DNA from: Octopus vulgaris
Lineage: Eukaryota
DNA length: 64,000 nt
Direction: 5' to 3'
NCBI GenBank assembly: GCA_951406725.2
Contig: OX597828.1
Coordinates: 27,404,001 to 27,468,000, forward strand
Shown: one piece after another, positions 42,490 to 56,907 of the stretch
Position numbering within the stretch: the stretch's first letter is position 1
Layout of the letters: every line of letters begins with the position of its first letter
Made by a program: the position numbers and the translations under genes
Notes under the pieces: generated by a model
The model's database searches: none
Seen by the model: the letters and a program-made list of their open reading frames with translations, nothing else
Told to the model about the DNA's origin: nothing

Positions 42490-43242
42490 CTTGAAAGTAT
42501 GTCTTAGATATAAGATTCCTGCATTTAAGACAATTCACATTTCACTGTTTAAGATGGCAATGATAATTAGTCTAATATCATTGTCTGTCACTGATCCCAT
42601 TCCTCACTGATCCAGAATCACATAGCACGCTGAATTGTGAACCATGTTACACTTACCCCAAATTGATCTGTAATAACTTGGGTTGACAATTCATCAAGGA
42701 TTCTGCTTGGTGCACCAATCCTCATCCAAACAACCATCCTCAGTGCTTGGAATAACTTGAGGTCTTGGAATAAAACCTATTTTATCCATGTGTTCTGTTA
42801 TCCACTTACCACTAATGTATTTAACTCAGTGGCATTTTGGAACCAAACGTCTGTAATAAACAAAAACGGATGCTTCAGGAAATAAGTTTCTACATAATGC
42901 TTCTATTTGTACCTTTATAACATAAAAAATTCATCTTTATTTCAATATTCTTTGTCAAATTCATTGAAGATATGATAAAGAACTTTAGAATCATTGATTC
43001 TTATTATCAAATCATTCTTGTATTCAGGTTGTTATTTTAAAAACCAGAAAACAAAGAATGTGTTAACAGTCAAGAACAGGAATGCCACTAAATCATCGCT
43101 GCCTCAAAGAATTTTAGTCTAAGGAATCAACCCCAGATTTCTTTAAAGCCTGATGCTTATGCTCTATCAGTACCTTTTGCCAAACTGCTAGGTTGCAAGG
43201 ACATAAACCCACCAACACTAGTTGTCAAGTAGTGGTGGGAGT

Positions 43243-43285
<43 letters not shown>

Positions 43286-43656
43286 CACAGCAGGTTTTTT
43301 TTAGTTTCCATCTATTGAATCCACTTTAATATATAAGTTCTTCATTTTAAACCCAAACTGATACTTCTCTGCTACATCTATGTTTACACACACACACACA
43401 CACGCACAAGTCATTTAAACGTTGGCCATTTATTTTAAAAGAAATATAGCAACAAACAATGTTAAAACCGTTTTATTCTGTATTTGCTTCATTGTCAATG
43501 AAAGCCTCCATGCCACGTCACGTAAAAAAAAAAAAGTGTGTGCTGGTGACACATGACAAGCACCCGTACCAGTTGCATGTACCTGTACTAGTGTCACATA
43601 AGAAGTGCCCATGCTGTTGCTACATTAAATGCACCTGTGCCAGTGCTCTGTACCAA

Positions 43657-43962
43657 TGTGGAAGCACATGGCCTAGTGGTTAGAGCAGCAGACTCGCGGT
43701 CTAGGGATCGCGAGTTCGAATCTCAGACCGGGCGATGTGTGTCTTTATGAGCGAGACACCTAAGCTCCACGTGGCTCCGGCAGAAGGTAATGGCGAACTT
43801 CTGCTGACTCTTACGCCACAACTTTCTCTCACTCTTTCCTCATGCATCTTGCAGCTCACCTGCAACAGACCGGCGTCCCGTCCAGGTGGGGAACCTATAC
43901 GCCATGGAAACCGGGAAAACCGGCCCTTATGAGCCACGCATGGCTTGAGAAAGAACAACAAC
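43657..43962 (+). mobile_element. tRNA-derived SINE family D inserted in a family C element
   Basis: A-box TGGCCTAGTGG, B-box GAGTTCGAATC, (CAA) tail; TSD CTGTACCAA at 43648-43656 and 43963-43971. Confidence 0.85.
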
Positions 43963-44895
43963 CTGTACCAAGGACCCCTGCTAGTGCCATGTAAAAATCA
44001 CCCAGTACACTCTGTAAAGTGGTTGGCATTAAGAAGGGCATCCAGCTGTTGAAACCATACTATAATGGACAACTGGAGCCTGGTGCAGCTCTCCAGCCAG
44101 CCAGTTCCTGTCAAACTGTCCAACCCATGCCAGCATGGAAAATGTATGTTAAATGATGATGTTCAATTATTATGTTAACTGATTGACTAAATTGTTGTCC
44201 CCTACCCTCCATCTACTTTGAAAGTTATCTTTTACAAAATCTCAGCTATCTTCCATACAATCATTCGCCATCTTTATACAAAACATTTCCTAGTTTTGTG
44301 TGATATCTTGTCATTGCTGCAACATCTTTGACCCTTTTTTTAAAATTTATTTTCTTAATTGTTTCTCTATTTTCTATCTCACCATTTGTCTATGTTGACT
44401 TTTTTTTATTTCTTAACTATAAATAGGCAATTTTTAGACCATAAATATACCATTTTTAGACTGGTTGATGATTATTCTGGTTAGATATTTCCTACAGTTT
44501 GTGTCATATGAAGGAAACTATTTGTATGAAATAATTTAAAGAGACCTGCATACACTTCTTATATAGTTCTATGATCATAGATTGCAAATATCTTTCTGTA
44601 TCTTTCATAGTGCTCTCTGAGCTAACAGTAGAGCACATGTGACTTAGTGGTTAGCAGGCAATGTGTTGTGTTCCTCAACAAAACACTTCATGTTGCTCCA
44701 GTCCACTCAGCTGGCAAAAATGAATAACCCTGCAATTGACCAGTATTCTGTCTGGGATGGGGGTGTATTTACTACAGAAATTGGGAAACCAGTCTTATGA
44801 GTCTCTGTGACCTTGGGAAAGGGTTTATCTTTTATCTTTACTGAGATAACCATTAAAGTCACTTTCTGCAATTATACATTTGAACTTATGGTTCC

Positions 44896-45107
44896 TTAAC
44901 CTTTTAGCATTTAATCCACTCATGTTCTTTCTGGTTCTGTTCAAACTTACCACATCCATTCTCTCACAATGTCTTACAATATCATTCTAAAAATAAACAA
45001 CATATCATCAAAATCTTGAAGCTATGAGATAATGCATGATTAATTAAAAACAGGTAGAATAAATAAGCATTACATTTGATAGAGAAGTCTGAAAGCTAAA
45101 GGGTTAA
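44896..45107 (+). mobile_element. piggyBac-type MITE
   Basis: TTAA-CCTTTTAGC ... GCTAAAGGG-TTAA (TTAA TSD plus terminal inverted repeats). Confidence 0.8.
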
Positions 45108-45974
45108 GACTGTTCAGCTTGTTGGCTGGCTGTGTTTGTAAAGTTTGCGTGCAAATTGAAGTTACTATTAATTTACATCATCTGATATCAGAAACTTTGA
45201 AAGACAAGAAATAAATCAATTTTGATATGGAACTTTGAGTAGAAAAAAACTATAAAAGCACCATATGAATTTTGGTGTTAAAAAAACCTCCACTTGGATT
45301 GAAAAAAGTTGAAGGTTGCCAATGAGATGTGTACCCATATCTCTAAATACGACAGATGTTCACTTTTCCCATCTAGGTGGCTTTTAAAACCCAATATTTG
45401 CATGCTTTGTGGAGGTGTGTGTCTTAGTGGTTTGGGTATTTCACTCACAGTTGTAAGGTCAAGTTTGACTCTGATAGCGCATTGAGTCATTGAGTAAGAC
45501 ACTTGATTCTGTGTTGCTCCGGTGCACTCAGCTGGCAAAAGTGAGTTGCACCAGCCTTGTCATGTTTTGCGTTCTACTGAATTTCTTTGAGAACTACATT
45601 AAAGGGTACACATGTCTGTGGAGTACTCGACCACTTGCATGTTAATTTCACAAGCAGACTGTTCCATTGACTGCCTCACCATAACCAATGCCAGTTATTC
45701 ACATGCTATTATTTATGGATTTAACTATACATCTGTTTTCAAATAAACAACTGAGCAGATGTCATATTCCATTCTAGCATGTCAATTAGACTTACTGTGG
45801 AGATTACATCAGTAATAAACCATTCTAGAAGCAGGATTTTTCAGGAAACCACTTTGGCCAATACATTTCAACAGCTCACTTTCAGTTACCAACATATATT
45901 GTTGTCTATTTTACTTACAACTCGACTTTTTTATTGGTTCCACCCATCATTTTTCAGTATTGGTACTTGTTAAA

Positions 45975-46358
45975 AGTAGTAAGCTGGCAGAACGTTAGCA
46001 CGCCGGGTGAAATGCTTAGCGGTATTTTGTCTGCCATTACGTTCTGAGTTCAAATTCCGCCAAGGTCAACTTTGCCTTTCATCCTTTCGGAGTCAATAAA
46101 TTAAGTACTAGTTACACACTGGGGTCGATATAATCGACTTAATTTGTTTGTCTGTCCTTGTTTGTCCCCTCTGTGTTTAGCCCCATGAGGGTAGTAAAGA
46201 AATCGATATTGCATCTGTCTTTACGTTCTGAGTTCAAATTCTGCTGAGGTCGATTTTTCGAGGTGGATAAATTAAGTACCAGTTGCATACTGGGGTCAAT
46301 CTAACCGATTGCCCCTCTTCCCAAAACTTTCAGGCCTTGTATCTAGAGCAGAAAAGAA
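45975..46358 (+). mobile_element. Dimeric SINE family B (tail 1 monomer + truncated tail 2 monomer)
   Basis: Two TTACGTTCTGAGTTCAAATTC segments; tails match those of 3273-3505 and 2696-2908. Confidence 0.85.
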
Positions 46359-46532
46359 TCTTAGTATTTGTTAATATGTTAGGAAAAGCAGGCAAAAAGA
46401 GTAAATGACAGACTTTGTCTATTTGTTATCACACTTTTCTGCAGCATGAACATGTTCCCTAATTGCTTTGTTATCACAGGTGCATCATCATCACCACCAT
46501 GCTTCACCATCATCATATCCATCATCATCAGC

Positions 46533-46922
46533 CGGAGGCGCAATGGCCCAATGTTAGGGCAGTGGACTTGCGGTCGGAGGATCGTGGTTTCGATTCCCAG
46601 ACCGGGCATTGTGTGTGTTTATTGAGTGAAAACACCTAAAGCTCCACGAGGCTCCAGCAGAGGGTCTGTGGGGGTGGCAACCCCTGTTGTACTCTTTCGC
46701 TCCAACTTTCTCTCACTCTTTCTTCCTGTTTCTCGTCCCTGACTTCCTACGCAACCGCTGAGCCTGGATGCACATTCATCCATCTGTTGATGCTCTCGGT
46801 GTCGGGGGTTGACCTGCTTTCTCTTCTGCGGCTCTTACGAATAGCAAAGGACCACATTTCGGTCTTCTCCCACTACAGACGGGATGAAGACCGCTTCACT
46901 CAACAAACAAACAAACAAACAA
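46533..46922 (+). mobile_element. tRNA-derived SINE family D with an alternative 3' half
   Basis: Head homologous to 43657; (CAAA)n tail; TSD ATCAT(C/T)ATCAGC at 46521-46532 and 46923-46934. Confidence 0.85.
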
Positions 46923-47442
46923 ATCATTATCAGCTGCAGCAGTAGCAGCATTTATTGCCTCCATTTTCTATGCTGGAATGGGTTGGACAGTTTAAAAGGA
47001 ACCAAACAAGTAAACGACTGCTCTAAGCCGCTATGTTTGCTTCAGCAAGGTTTCTACGACTGGGTGCTCTTCCTTCTGAGATTGCCACCCATATTAAATG
47101 TATTTCATAAATACAAACATAAACACATGCAAATATATCCTGTATACTAACATATATTACTTAGAAAATGTTAAAGTACAAAATTTAAAAGATATAAATT
47201 TTTATGTGTGATTTCTATACTTATGCTATAAATATTTATTTTTTGAGATAGATCAATTTACATCTAAAAGCCTGCTTCTTCTTTTTTTTTTTTTCTATTA
47301 AATTGAAGAACATCATCTTACAAGGTAATAGACTTAAAATATGACTATCTTCGCTTCCAAAGTCACTTGAGCCACCAGCAGAAGAAAGCTTGATATTATA
47401 ACAGAAATCGGAGACTTATTTGAATGTAAATTCAGAAATTCA

Positions 47443-47493
<51 letters not shown>

Positions 47494-47612
47494 ATACAGA
47501 TAAGAAAAATAAATTTCGAATGCAGTATAGCTGTGAAAACAGCAGAGAAAGATTGAGTATTTACCCTTAGAAGACAGAAAAAAGTTGCCAGCAGGCAGCT
47601 ATGGGGGAAACT

Positions 47613-48485
<873 letters not shown>

Positions 48486-48859
48486 TACACACACAGCTCA
48501 GTGCAAGAAGCTTGCTTTGCAACCAAACTTTCTTCACCTGATCCAACTGTTATATACTTCTGTAATTATTTCTCTCTAAGGCATCACTTTTACCTTTTTA
48601 GCAACTGACATATATTGTGTGTGTGTTTGCCACCGACTGCGTGATAACCAGTGTTGGTTTGCTAATGTTCCTGTAACTTGATGGTTCAGCATATAAGACT
48701 GACAGTAAATATCTGATTTAAAAAAAAAAAATGCGTACTGGGTCACTTTGTTCCACTACACCATTCATTCAAGGGGGTGCTCCAGCATGGTTGAAGTCCA
48801 GTCTCTGAAATAACTAAAAGAAAAGTAAAAAGAAAAACATTCCCCCCCAAAAAAGTTCG

Positions 48860-49010
48860 TGACTGTGTGGTAAGTAGCTTGCTAACCAACCACATGGTGC
48901 TGGGTTCAGTCCCACTGCGTGGCATCTTGGGCAAGTGTCTTCTGCTATAGCCCCGGGCCGACCAATGCCTTGTGAGTGGATTTGGTAGACAGAAACTGAA
49001 AGAAGCCTGT

Positions 49011-49067
<57 letters not shown>

Positions 49068-49272
49068 TTGTGTGTCTGTGTTTGTCCCCCTAGCATTGCT
49101 TGACAACCGGTGCTGGTGTGTTTATGTCCCTATCACTTAGTGGTTCGGCAACAGACACCGATAGAATAAGTACTGGGCTTACAAAGAATAAGTCCCGGGG
49201 GGTCGATTTGCTCGACTAAAGGCGGTGCTCCAGCATGGCCACAGTCAAATGACTGAAACAAGTAAAAAGAGT
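48860..49272 (+). mobile_element. SINE family A
   Basis: Close match to 35636-36035. Confidence 0.9.
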
Positions 49273-49996
49273 ACTCATAGTGACTGCACTGAAACACAGG
49301 TTATTATATACATAAAAAAAAAACAAAAAAAAAAATAGTAAAAGAAAGCCCAGAAGATCAATGGATTGAAGATTGATAAACTAACAAACGGAGCCGAAGC
49401 TGAACATTTTTCAATGAAATAAAGTGATATTAACTATTTTGTTATTGAAGTGTTTGTCTGCTAGCTTGGTTGGTTCCATATGATGAATATATAGTCTCAT
49501 GTTAGCATAATTAGAAGTGTATTAAAAGTTTTGCAGCTGTTGATGTATCTAATAGAGAAAGACAGAATTGTTGATATCTCACTTTTGTACAGGTCGATGT
49601 GTGTCTAGAAGAGAACAACACTACAATACATACACATATACATACATATATATATTTATATGTATATATATATAATGTATTTATATATATTGGCAGTTTT
49701 TTTTGTCAATCGAGCCAAATTGCTGAGGTGTTGTGTCAGGCGAAGACGGTTGATCTTATATATTGAGTCAATGCTGCGATAGTACAGTACATTTAGCTGC
49801 ATACCGTTCAATACTTACCACAACTGATTGATTGCTGTTTCTAGCCCAATCGAGGTTATCAATTGTTCAGAATACATGGGAAATCTCTTTGTCGATCTTT
49901 TAGGTCTCATATTGTATTTTAAGCTATCAATACTTGCAAGGCAAAGGTTCACTGGTTTTTCCATTTCTTCCTCACTTCCTCTCTATCTCTCCCTCT

Positions 49997-50034
<38 letters not shown>

Positions 50035-50146
50035 ATCCTATTCACTTTTTATAGTTATATTTAGCTGCCGTCTTTGATTAATAGGAATTAGATACAGTCA
50101 CTTGCCTTTATTACAAGCTTTCAGTTTACAAAATTCTGTCTTGTAG

Positions 50147-50293
50147 GAAGGAACCAGAATGTGGACAGAATCGTACCCTGGCTGCTGCTTTCTCAGCCTC
50201 TGGCTGCCGTTTAGCTGTGTTGGATGACTTCAAGCAACTCCATTTGTATGTTTTGGAGGCCAACAATACTGGATGGACTTTGAAGACTTCAAG
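50147..50293 (+). CDS. WDR4: Internal exon of tRNA (guanine-N7)-methyltransferase non-catalytic subunit WDR4/Trm82 (WD40)
   Basis: ttctgtcttgtag|...AAG|gtgagt, 147 bp, phase 2-2; KEPECGQNRTLAAAFSASGCRLAVLDDFKQLHLYVLEANNTGWTLKTSR resembles human WDR4 [36 protein letters not shown] (recalled, not searched). Confidence 0.8.
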
Positions 50294-51431
50294 GTGAGTG
50301 CTTTAGTTTTGAAAACACTATTTACTTTCACCAAGATACATATTTGATTTCAGCAAAAGGATTATTGGATAGCGAATATTGAAAATATCTTCAGCTGATC
50401 TTTGTATTTAATCCTTTCTTTTCTCTTGCATACTAAATCTCTCTTAGTTATTCCTGCTTACAACGAGCCACTAGAAATGTCAGTCAAATAATTCAACACA
50501 TTGCTCTGTACCGTTCTCTTCCAGCTGACGCACGACTTATACAGATTTTTCTGGGGTTTTTTTTTGGTTTTGTTTTTTTTTTTTTTTGCTGTGGATCAAC
50601 ACAAGAATTAGTTGCACATCACTTGATTCTCATGATGAATGGTTTATCTCGGTGAATATTTCCCCCAGCTTCTTGCAACGCTGTCTTCTCTTTATTCGGA
50701 ATAAGGAGATACTGAAGGTACAACACTGCCTTAATATCACTTGAGCTTTGGAGATGAAGTATAATATCATACATGTGATGCATTTATTTTGGGAAAGTGA
50801 GGTCAAATTGTAACCAAAACCATTGTACCTCTTATTATGTCATTGCTATAATTTTCATCTTTAAACTCTAAACTTAGAGTTTAAAATTCAGAAACTTACT
50901 TTTTCACAAAACATACCTTTTTTTTTTTTTTCTTAATATTTCTAAATGATGCAAAGGTTTTTTTTTTACTGTTCTCTGAAGTTTATTTCTCTTTCAAGAT
51001 ATTTGTTTTATTTTTGTTACATTTGTCTCCACACTGCTTCTAATAACAGCAACACCAACAGCAACATCATTATTGAGTCAGAAATGTCACAGCATCAAAC
51101 ACACTCAATCTCTGACTTTATTTTAGTTTCCTTACATTTCAGGATCAAATCCTTATGTGGTAGACTTTATGATTCACCCCTCTGGGATTGCATAAATAAC
51201 TACCCCCACATGTTCTGCAGTTGAGTCAGCTGACTGCATTATCACACTTGAAACCTTTTTTTTTTTTTAATTTCAGTTTGAAATGATTAGTATTAGTATT
51301 TTGGTGAGTGAGGCCAGATCCAGGATTTTTGTAATTTGAGCTTAGTCTATTACTCATAATAGTTTGTTTCACAAGCTGCAAGTTTTAAATTTTTGCAATT
51401 TTTCATATCTTTCTGAATAATATATTATCAT

Positions 51432-51555
51432 GGAGTAAAGATTTTCGCCAACATAACATGGCAGTCCTGGTTTAGGACAAATGTTGCTGTAATTTAGCCC
51501 CAGGAGACATTGTTCCCAGCTGGCTATATGACACGATCTGTGTACTTATATTTTC
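51432..51555. mobile_element. 124-bp retroposed fragment with TSD
   Basis: 14-bp direct repeat TAATATATTATCAT at 51418-51431 and 51556-51569. Confidence 0.7.
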
Positions 51556-51893
51556 TAATATATTATCATATTGTAAATACCCCATATTACAGTAATGCAT
51601 CGTAAACTGCACGCATATAAATATATATTGGCTTTCTACCTGGGTTTAAATTTTAACACACATCTGGGCCTCATAGAATTATAGTTTTCTAAAATTATTT
51701 CCAACAAACCCCTTTTCTCTGAAAATTGGTTCATTTTTTTTTTCCTTTTCAACATTTTAGCTTTACAAAAAATCCTTTTTTTTCTATTCTTATCCATCAC
51801 CTGCTCCTTCTTTCTTTCTTTCTTTCTTTCTTTCTTCTTCTCCTCCTCCTCCTCCTTCTTTTTCTTCTTCTTCTTCTTCTTCTTCTTCTTCTT

Positions 51894-51924
<31 letters not shown>

Positions 51925-51947
51925 TTATTATTATTATTATTATTATA

Positions 51948-52666
51948 TGAGGCATCAAGCTGGCAGACTTATTACCACACCAGGCAAGATGCTTAGATGT
52001 ATTTTGTTTGCCCTTACATTCTGAGTTCAAATTCCACTGAGGTCAACTCTGCCTTCCATCCTTTCATCCTCTCCAGATTGATGAAATAGGTACCAGTTGA
52101 GTACTGTAGTCAACTACTCACTACCCCCAAATTTCAGGCTTTGTGCCTATAATAGAAAGGATTATTATTATTATTGGCCTAGTGGTTAGGGTGTTGCACT
52201 CGCAATCACAAGATCGTGGTTTCAGTTCCTAGACTGGGGGATGCATTGTGTTCTTCAGCAAACCACTTCATCGCACATTGCTCTACGATCACTTGGACAC
52301 CTGACACATGGCTCACCATCTATACCTGCTCAGGTAACATCAGTTCTGGTCAAAATGCCTTGCAGTCTTTCTTCTAGTTCTTTATGTTCTTAGTTCAAGT
52401 CCTCCCACGGAGGTCAACTTAACCTTTCGACCTTTTGACCATGCCGGACAAAATGTTTGGTAGCATTTCGTCCTTCTTTGAGTTCTGAGTTCAAATTCCA
52501 CCAAGATCAACTTTACCTTTCATCCTTTTAGGGTTGATGAAATAAGGACCAGTTGAACATTGCGGTTGATGTAATCGACTCATGCTCTCCCCCATAATTG
52601 CTGGCCTTGTGGCAATATTTGAAACCATGATTATGATCATTATTATTATTATTATCATTATTATTA

Positions 52667-52710
<44 letters not shown>

Positions 52711-52860
52711 GTGGATTGGTAAAATCATTGAAGTGTTAGAAAAAATGCCTTGCAGTATGTATTCCAGCTCTTTGCATTCTGGGTTCAAATTTCATTAAAG
52801 TTCACCTTGTCATTTATTATTCCAAAGCCTATGGAATAAAATACCAGTCATGTACTGGGG
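51948..52860 (+). mobile_element. Cluster of degenerate SINE B and D copies with (ATT)n tails
   Basis: Repeated TTCTG(A/G)GTTCAAAT B-boxes at ~52020, ~52483 and ~52778; D-type head at ~52175. Confidence 0.7.
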
Positions 52861-53818
52861 TTGAGACCCCCAGATCTCCCACTCACTTGCACAGACCACT
52901 TCATTCATGTTGTTCTCACTGCTTTCAACTTGCAAATGTTCACAGAGAACATTATCCTTGTCGCTCTCATTCGTCTTTGAAAGTCTGTGACTGTACAACT
53001 CTTTGTACCAGAGCAAACAAATATAAAGAAAAAGAATACAGAAAAAAGTAATAAAGAAGTGGGATATTAGGATTTATTCAATTGTCTGAGGTCCCCAAGG
53101 GTTCACAGTCTATTTCCAAAACTGTGACCCAGAATGAATTATTTTTGTTATATTGTAATAGACAAGTAAGCATTTGACATTTACTTTTTACTTGTTGTTG
53201 TTGTCGTTAGCAGGGTTATTACTACCACATAATAGTTATTTTTAACTATTGTTAGTAGTAACTAATACTATAACTTCATTAGTGCTGTCGTTATTATCAT
53301 TCTTTCTATTACATGATAATAATGTGGCACAACAAAAGAACATATACAATGGAGACAGACATGCTGAACCCTTCATCAGTTGTTAGCCAAATATCACCAC
53401 AGTTTCGACAACTTCTGATAATATTGTTCAATTTGGTTGTGACAGCAACATAAGTTGCTTGGGTGTAAAGAGATATAATTGATGAACATGAAACGGAAAA
53501 AATAAGACTAGTACAGCAGAAGGTGAGGTTTCTAGACTGAATAGTAAAAAAAAAACTGAGTTAGGAGGAAAAATGTATAAAACAAAACAAGCAGTAAGGA
53601 CTGTAAAAGAAAATAACAGACAACACAAAGAGGTATTTGTATCCATAGGATGTCTTGCTACTGTGCAGCAGCAATAAGATATGTTGTGCAAAGGACATTT
53701 GTAGGAAAGATGGTGATCCATTCAAACTTTGAAAAAATATTCTGTCAATTATTTTAGTCATTTGATGGCGGCCATGCTGGAGCACCAACCACCTTGAGAT
53801 ATATATTTATATATAAAC

Positions 53819-53871
53819 AATTCGTAAATAAGGGCATTAGAAATTTTTTCCTTTGCCCTTATTTACGAATT
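53819..53871. repeat. Perfect 18-bp inverted repeat, 17-nt loop
   Basis: AATTCGTAAATAAGGGCA ... TGCCCTTATTTACGAATT. Confidence 0.9.
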
Positions 53872-54454
53872 ATTTACAAATTTAACCTTTAAGGGTATTT
53901 TTCAATATGCTGATGAAATTTTTTTAGGAAAATAATTTTTTTCGAAAAAAATTTTATCCTACATTAGATATTCATATATAAATTTATTTATATCTTTTTG
54001 AAATTCAATTGCTTATCACCATTATAATCATAATCATCATCTGTTGTTGGTATTGTCTACTGCCGGTCAGCCCCGATTACATATTTCAGTGATGACCATT
54101 TCATCATTTTCCTAGACACGTTGCTCCTCTGGGCAACCATGTCTTGTAGTAAGTGTGATTTGAGGAAGATTTGAACTACACTTGTAATAGGTTGACTGGC
54201 CACACCAAAAGCCCCTAAATTGTCATGAGCCTATAGTTGTTTAAATTTAACTTTCACATTACTAATTCTCTCAAAATAAGCAGGACCATCACAGAATAAT
54301 TCTCCTTCCAGGAATCTTAATCTTTTGTAAGAAACCATTATTAAAATAGTTTAAAATGATAGAGATGCAGATTAGATATCAGATATTTTATTGTTCTCAG
54401 GAAAGTACTTTTGATGTTACAACACTGGTGGAAACATGTATACAAATTTCAATT

Positions 54455-54715
54455 CTATGAAGTCCTGACAAGACTTGGAGTTACTGGTGCAGCAAAGAGG
54501 CAGGGTGGGTGGTGACTATAAATTCCATCATTGAATCAGCAGAGAAGGTCACAAGGGGGCTTTAGATAAAGGGGACAGACCAGTGGCTTGCTGCCGTTGG
54601 AATGCAAGGTGGGACTTGATCAACCCTGGCTGGATATACTGGGCAAAGATGGGAGGCTGATGTTGATTTGAAGCCCTGTGAGACCCCGGGAGCATTTACA
54701 AGATGGATCTTAAGA
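54455..54715 (+). mobile_element. HERO-like (REL-endonuclease) non-LTR element 3' fragment
   Basis: LTRLGVTGAAKRQ / INSIIESAEKVTRGL*IKGTDQW resembles the LG.TG..R..AAEKASRWLWIK pattern. Confidence 0.55.
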
Positions 54716-56678
54716 CATAATTAAAACTTAACATTTGTACGAATGTGTGAGTGTGTACATTGTAATGTGTATATGTATAAGTATGTATGCATTTCTGCTA
54801 TCATCTGTGTTATATCCATGTATCTCTTATATCCCCTCTTTCTCTCTCTCTCCTTCTCTCTCTTTGGTGTGAGAGCCATACAAGCCATGTATAGAAGTGC
54901 TTTATGGTGAAGATGTTCATTTACTATCACATGATGTGTAGACATGTGTATACACATGCATGTGTGCGTGTGCACACACACACACACACACATACTAAAA
55001 TATATAGACGCATGTAGATACATATATGTATGTATGTGTTTTTGTATATATGTATATAAATGTGTGTGTTTGTGTGTTTATATATATATATATATATATA
55101 TTTATATACACACACACATACAGTGGGCTTCCTTTAGTTTCCTTCTATTCACTAAATCCAGTGCCGTGGTTAGCTTATGTGGAATTTACTTCAATTCATA
55201 GTCAATAAATTTAATTAATTAGAAATTATATTGCCTAGTATTTCAGTTTGAAGAATTTGGTTTTTGCTTCACACTCTATAGTTCAAAATACAATGTTATT
55301 GCTCTCAATTGCAATTTTACCAATGCCATTAGAAGAACCATGTTATTTCATTTGGAGAAGTTTGCTGCAACTTTTAACCTGGTCTGTGTATTTCTACCAA
55401 AACTATTTGACTAATCACTCTAATCAAAACTTTTAGATGAATTTCGGGTGTTTCCATTTCTATTTGAGGATAATGCATGAAATAATAGCCATAGAACCAT
55501 GCCACCAATTAAAGTATTTGTGGAATCATGCGTTTACTATTGTATTTGCAAGAATATCACTATATTGTGCACAATATATCTGTGCATTCATATTTAAATA
55601 ATTTATATCTTTATATAGTGTCATGCATGAACAGATAAAAAGTGGAACTTGTCCATTCCTAAATTCCAAATATGGTAAACTATGCACAAACTGAAAGTAA
55701 ATACTTTTATGGGTGAATTGAGCATGGCTTTGAATTGTACTGCCATGTGACAAGCTGCTTCCCAACCACATTCCATCTCGTTACATTAAAACCTTTCAAA
55801 TTTTTAATGTTTGTCCTCTACGACGCTATCATGTCTATAATAAGCTGGTAAATAATTATCCAGCTCTAAACTACATCAGAAATATTAAATGATGCAATCC
55901 AAAATTTTTATAATTTCTTTGGTTTCTTTTGCTTTCCCCTTGCTTTATGAAAGTCAATAATTTCAGTTCTACATCATGTCTATGTTTGTGTGTGTGTATG
56001 TGTGTGTGTGTGTGTGTTAGTATATCTGTAGGTTATAAATATATTTGCATGATTTTCCCCTTCACCTTGAATGTCTAATGGTTTTATTTAAATAATATGA
56101 TGTTTAATGTGATAACAACTAAAATAGCATTCACAACTGAAAATATCACAATTATACTTCTCTTAATATCACACACAAACTTAGAGAAATGAATTATTTT
56201 TTATCAAATTTCATGGACATAAATTTTCGAATACATTTCTTTTAATACTAATAATACATTGCATTATGGGATCTTCTAAATATGGGTATTTTATACTATA
56301 CAGAAGGTTGCTGCTGGCGAATCCTTATATTTTCCAGTTTCAAAATCATCTGTTCACAAATCCTTAAACTTTGTGTGAATTAAAGCTTTTTTAAAGATTA
56401 AGCTCATAATCTGTTAGTGGAACATAAACCAAATATTTTCACAATTTAGTAAAACAAAAACAGACTGTTTTGGCACAACAAGAAAAAAACTATACTGTTA
56501 GATGTTGTATAAACTAATTGTATGAACTACAAACTTCTTAGCTGGTTCGCTCTAAGTAAGGAGTGACATGAATTGAACTGGAGGTAGAACAAGCAATAAT
56601 GTTGTGGCTAAAGTTTTAATTTCAGTGGAGAGAGAGGCGGGTGGGGAGAACACTTCAAAAACTTGTTACCTTTAGACA

Positions 56679-56907
56679 TTAGCCTTTTACTATTCAAACG
56701 GGCCATATCCAGCCAAAATACTCTACCCGTTTTCTGTTCAAACCTCAGTAATCTGTACTCTCGCATCTACTCAACAGCATCATATTAAAAGTAAACCATC
56801 AAATCATTCAAAATCTCAAGGCTGCGAAGTAGAGCATGACCAATTCCAAAGAATACAAATGAATAAGCATTACATTTGAAAGAGTAATCTGAATGCTAAA
56901 GAGTTAA
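56679..56907 (+). mobile_element. piggyBac-type MITE, degenerate
   Basis: Ends AATGCTAAAGAG-TTAA; internal match to 44896-45107. Confidence 0.7.

Noticed and set aside
42657-42776. 120-nt minus-strand open frame with a strong donor
   Set aside because: Acceptor lacks a pyrimidine tract and lies only ~33 nt from the upstream candidate donor
43657-43735. tRNA gene (also 46533-46605)
   Set aside because: tRNA-like head continues into a SINE body and tail flanked by a TSD
43520-44000. Degenerate ~27-bp reiterations (GTGC..GTG.CAC.TAA.AAGCACCC)
   Set aside because: Internal subrepeats of the family C retroposon, not an independent array
50860-50885. 12-bp AT-rich hairpin
   Set aside because: Short and low complexity; plausible by chance
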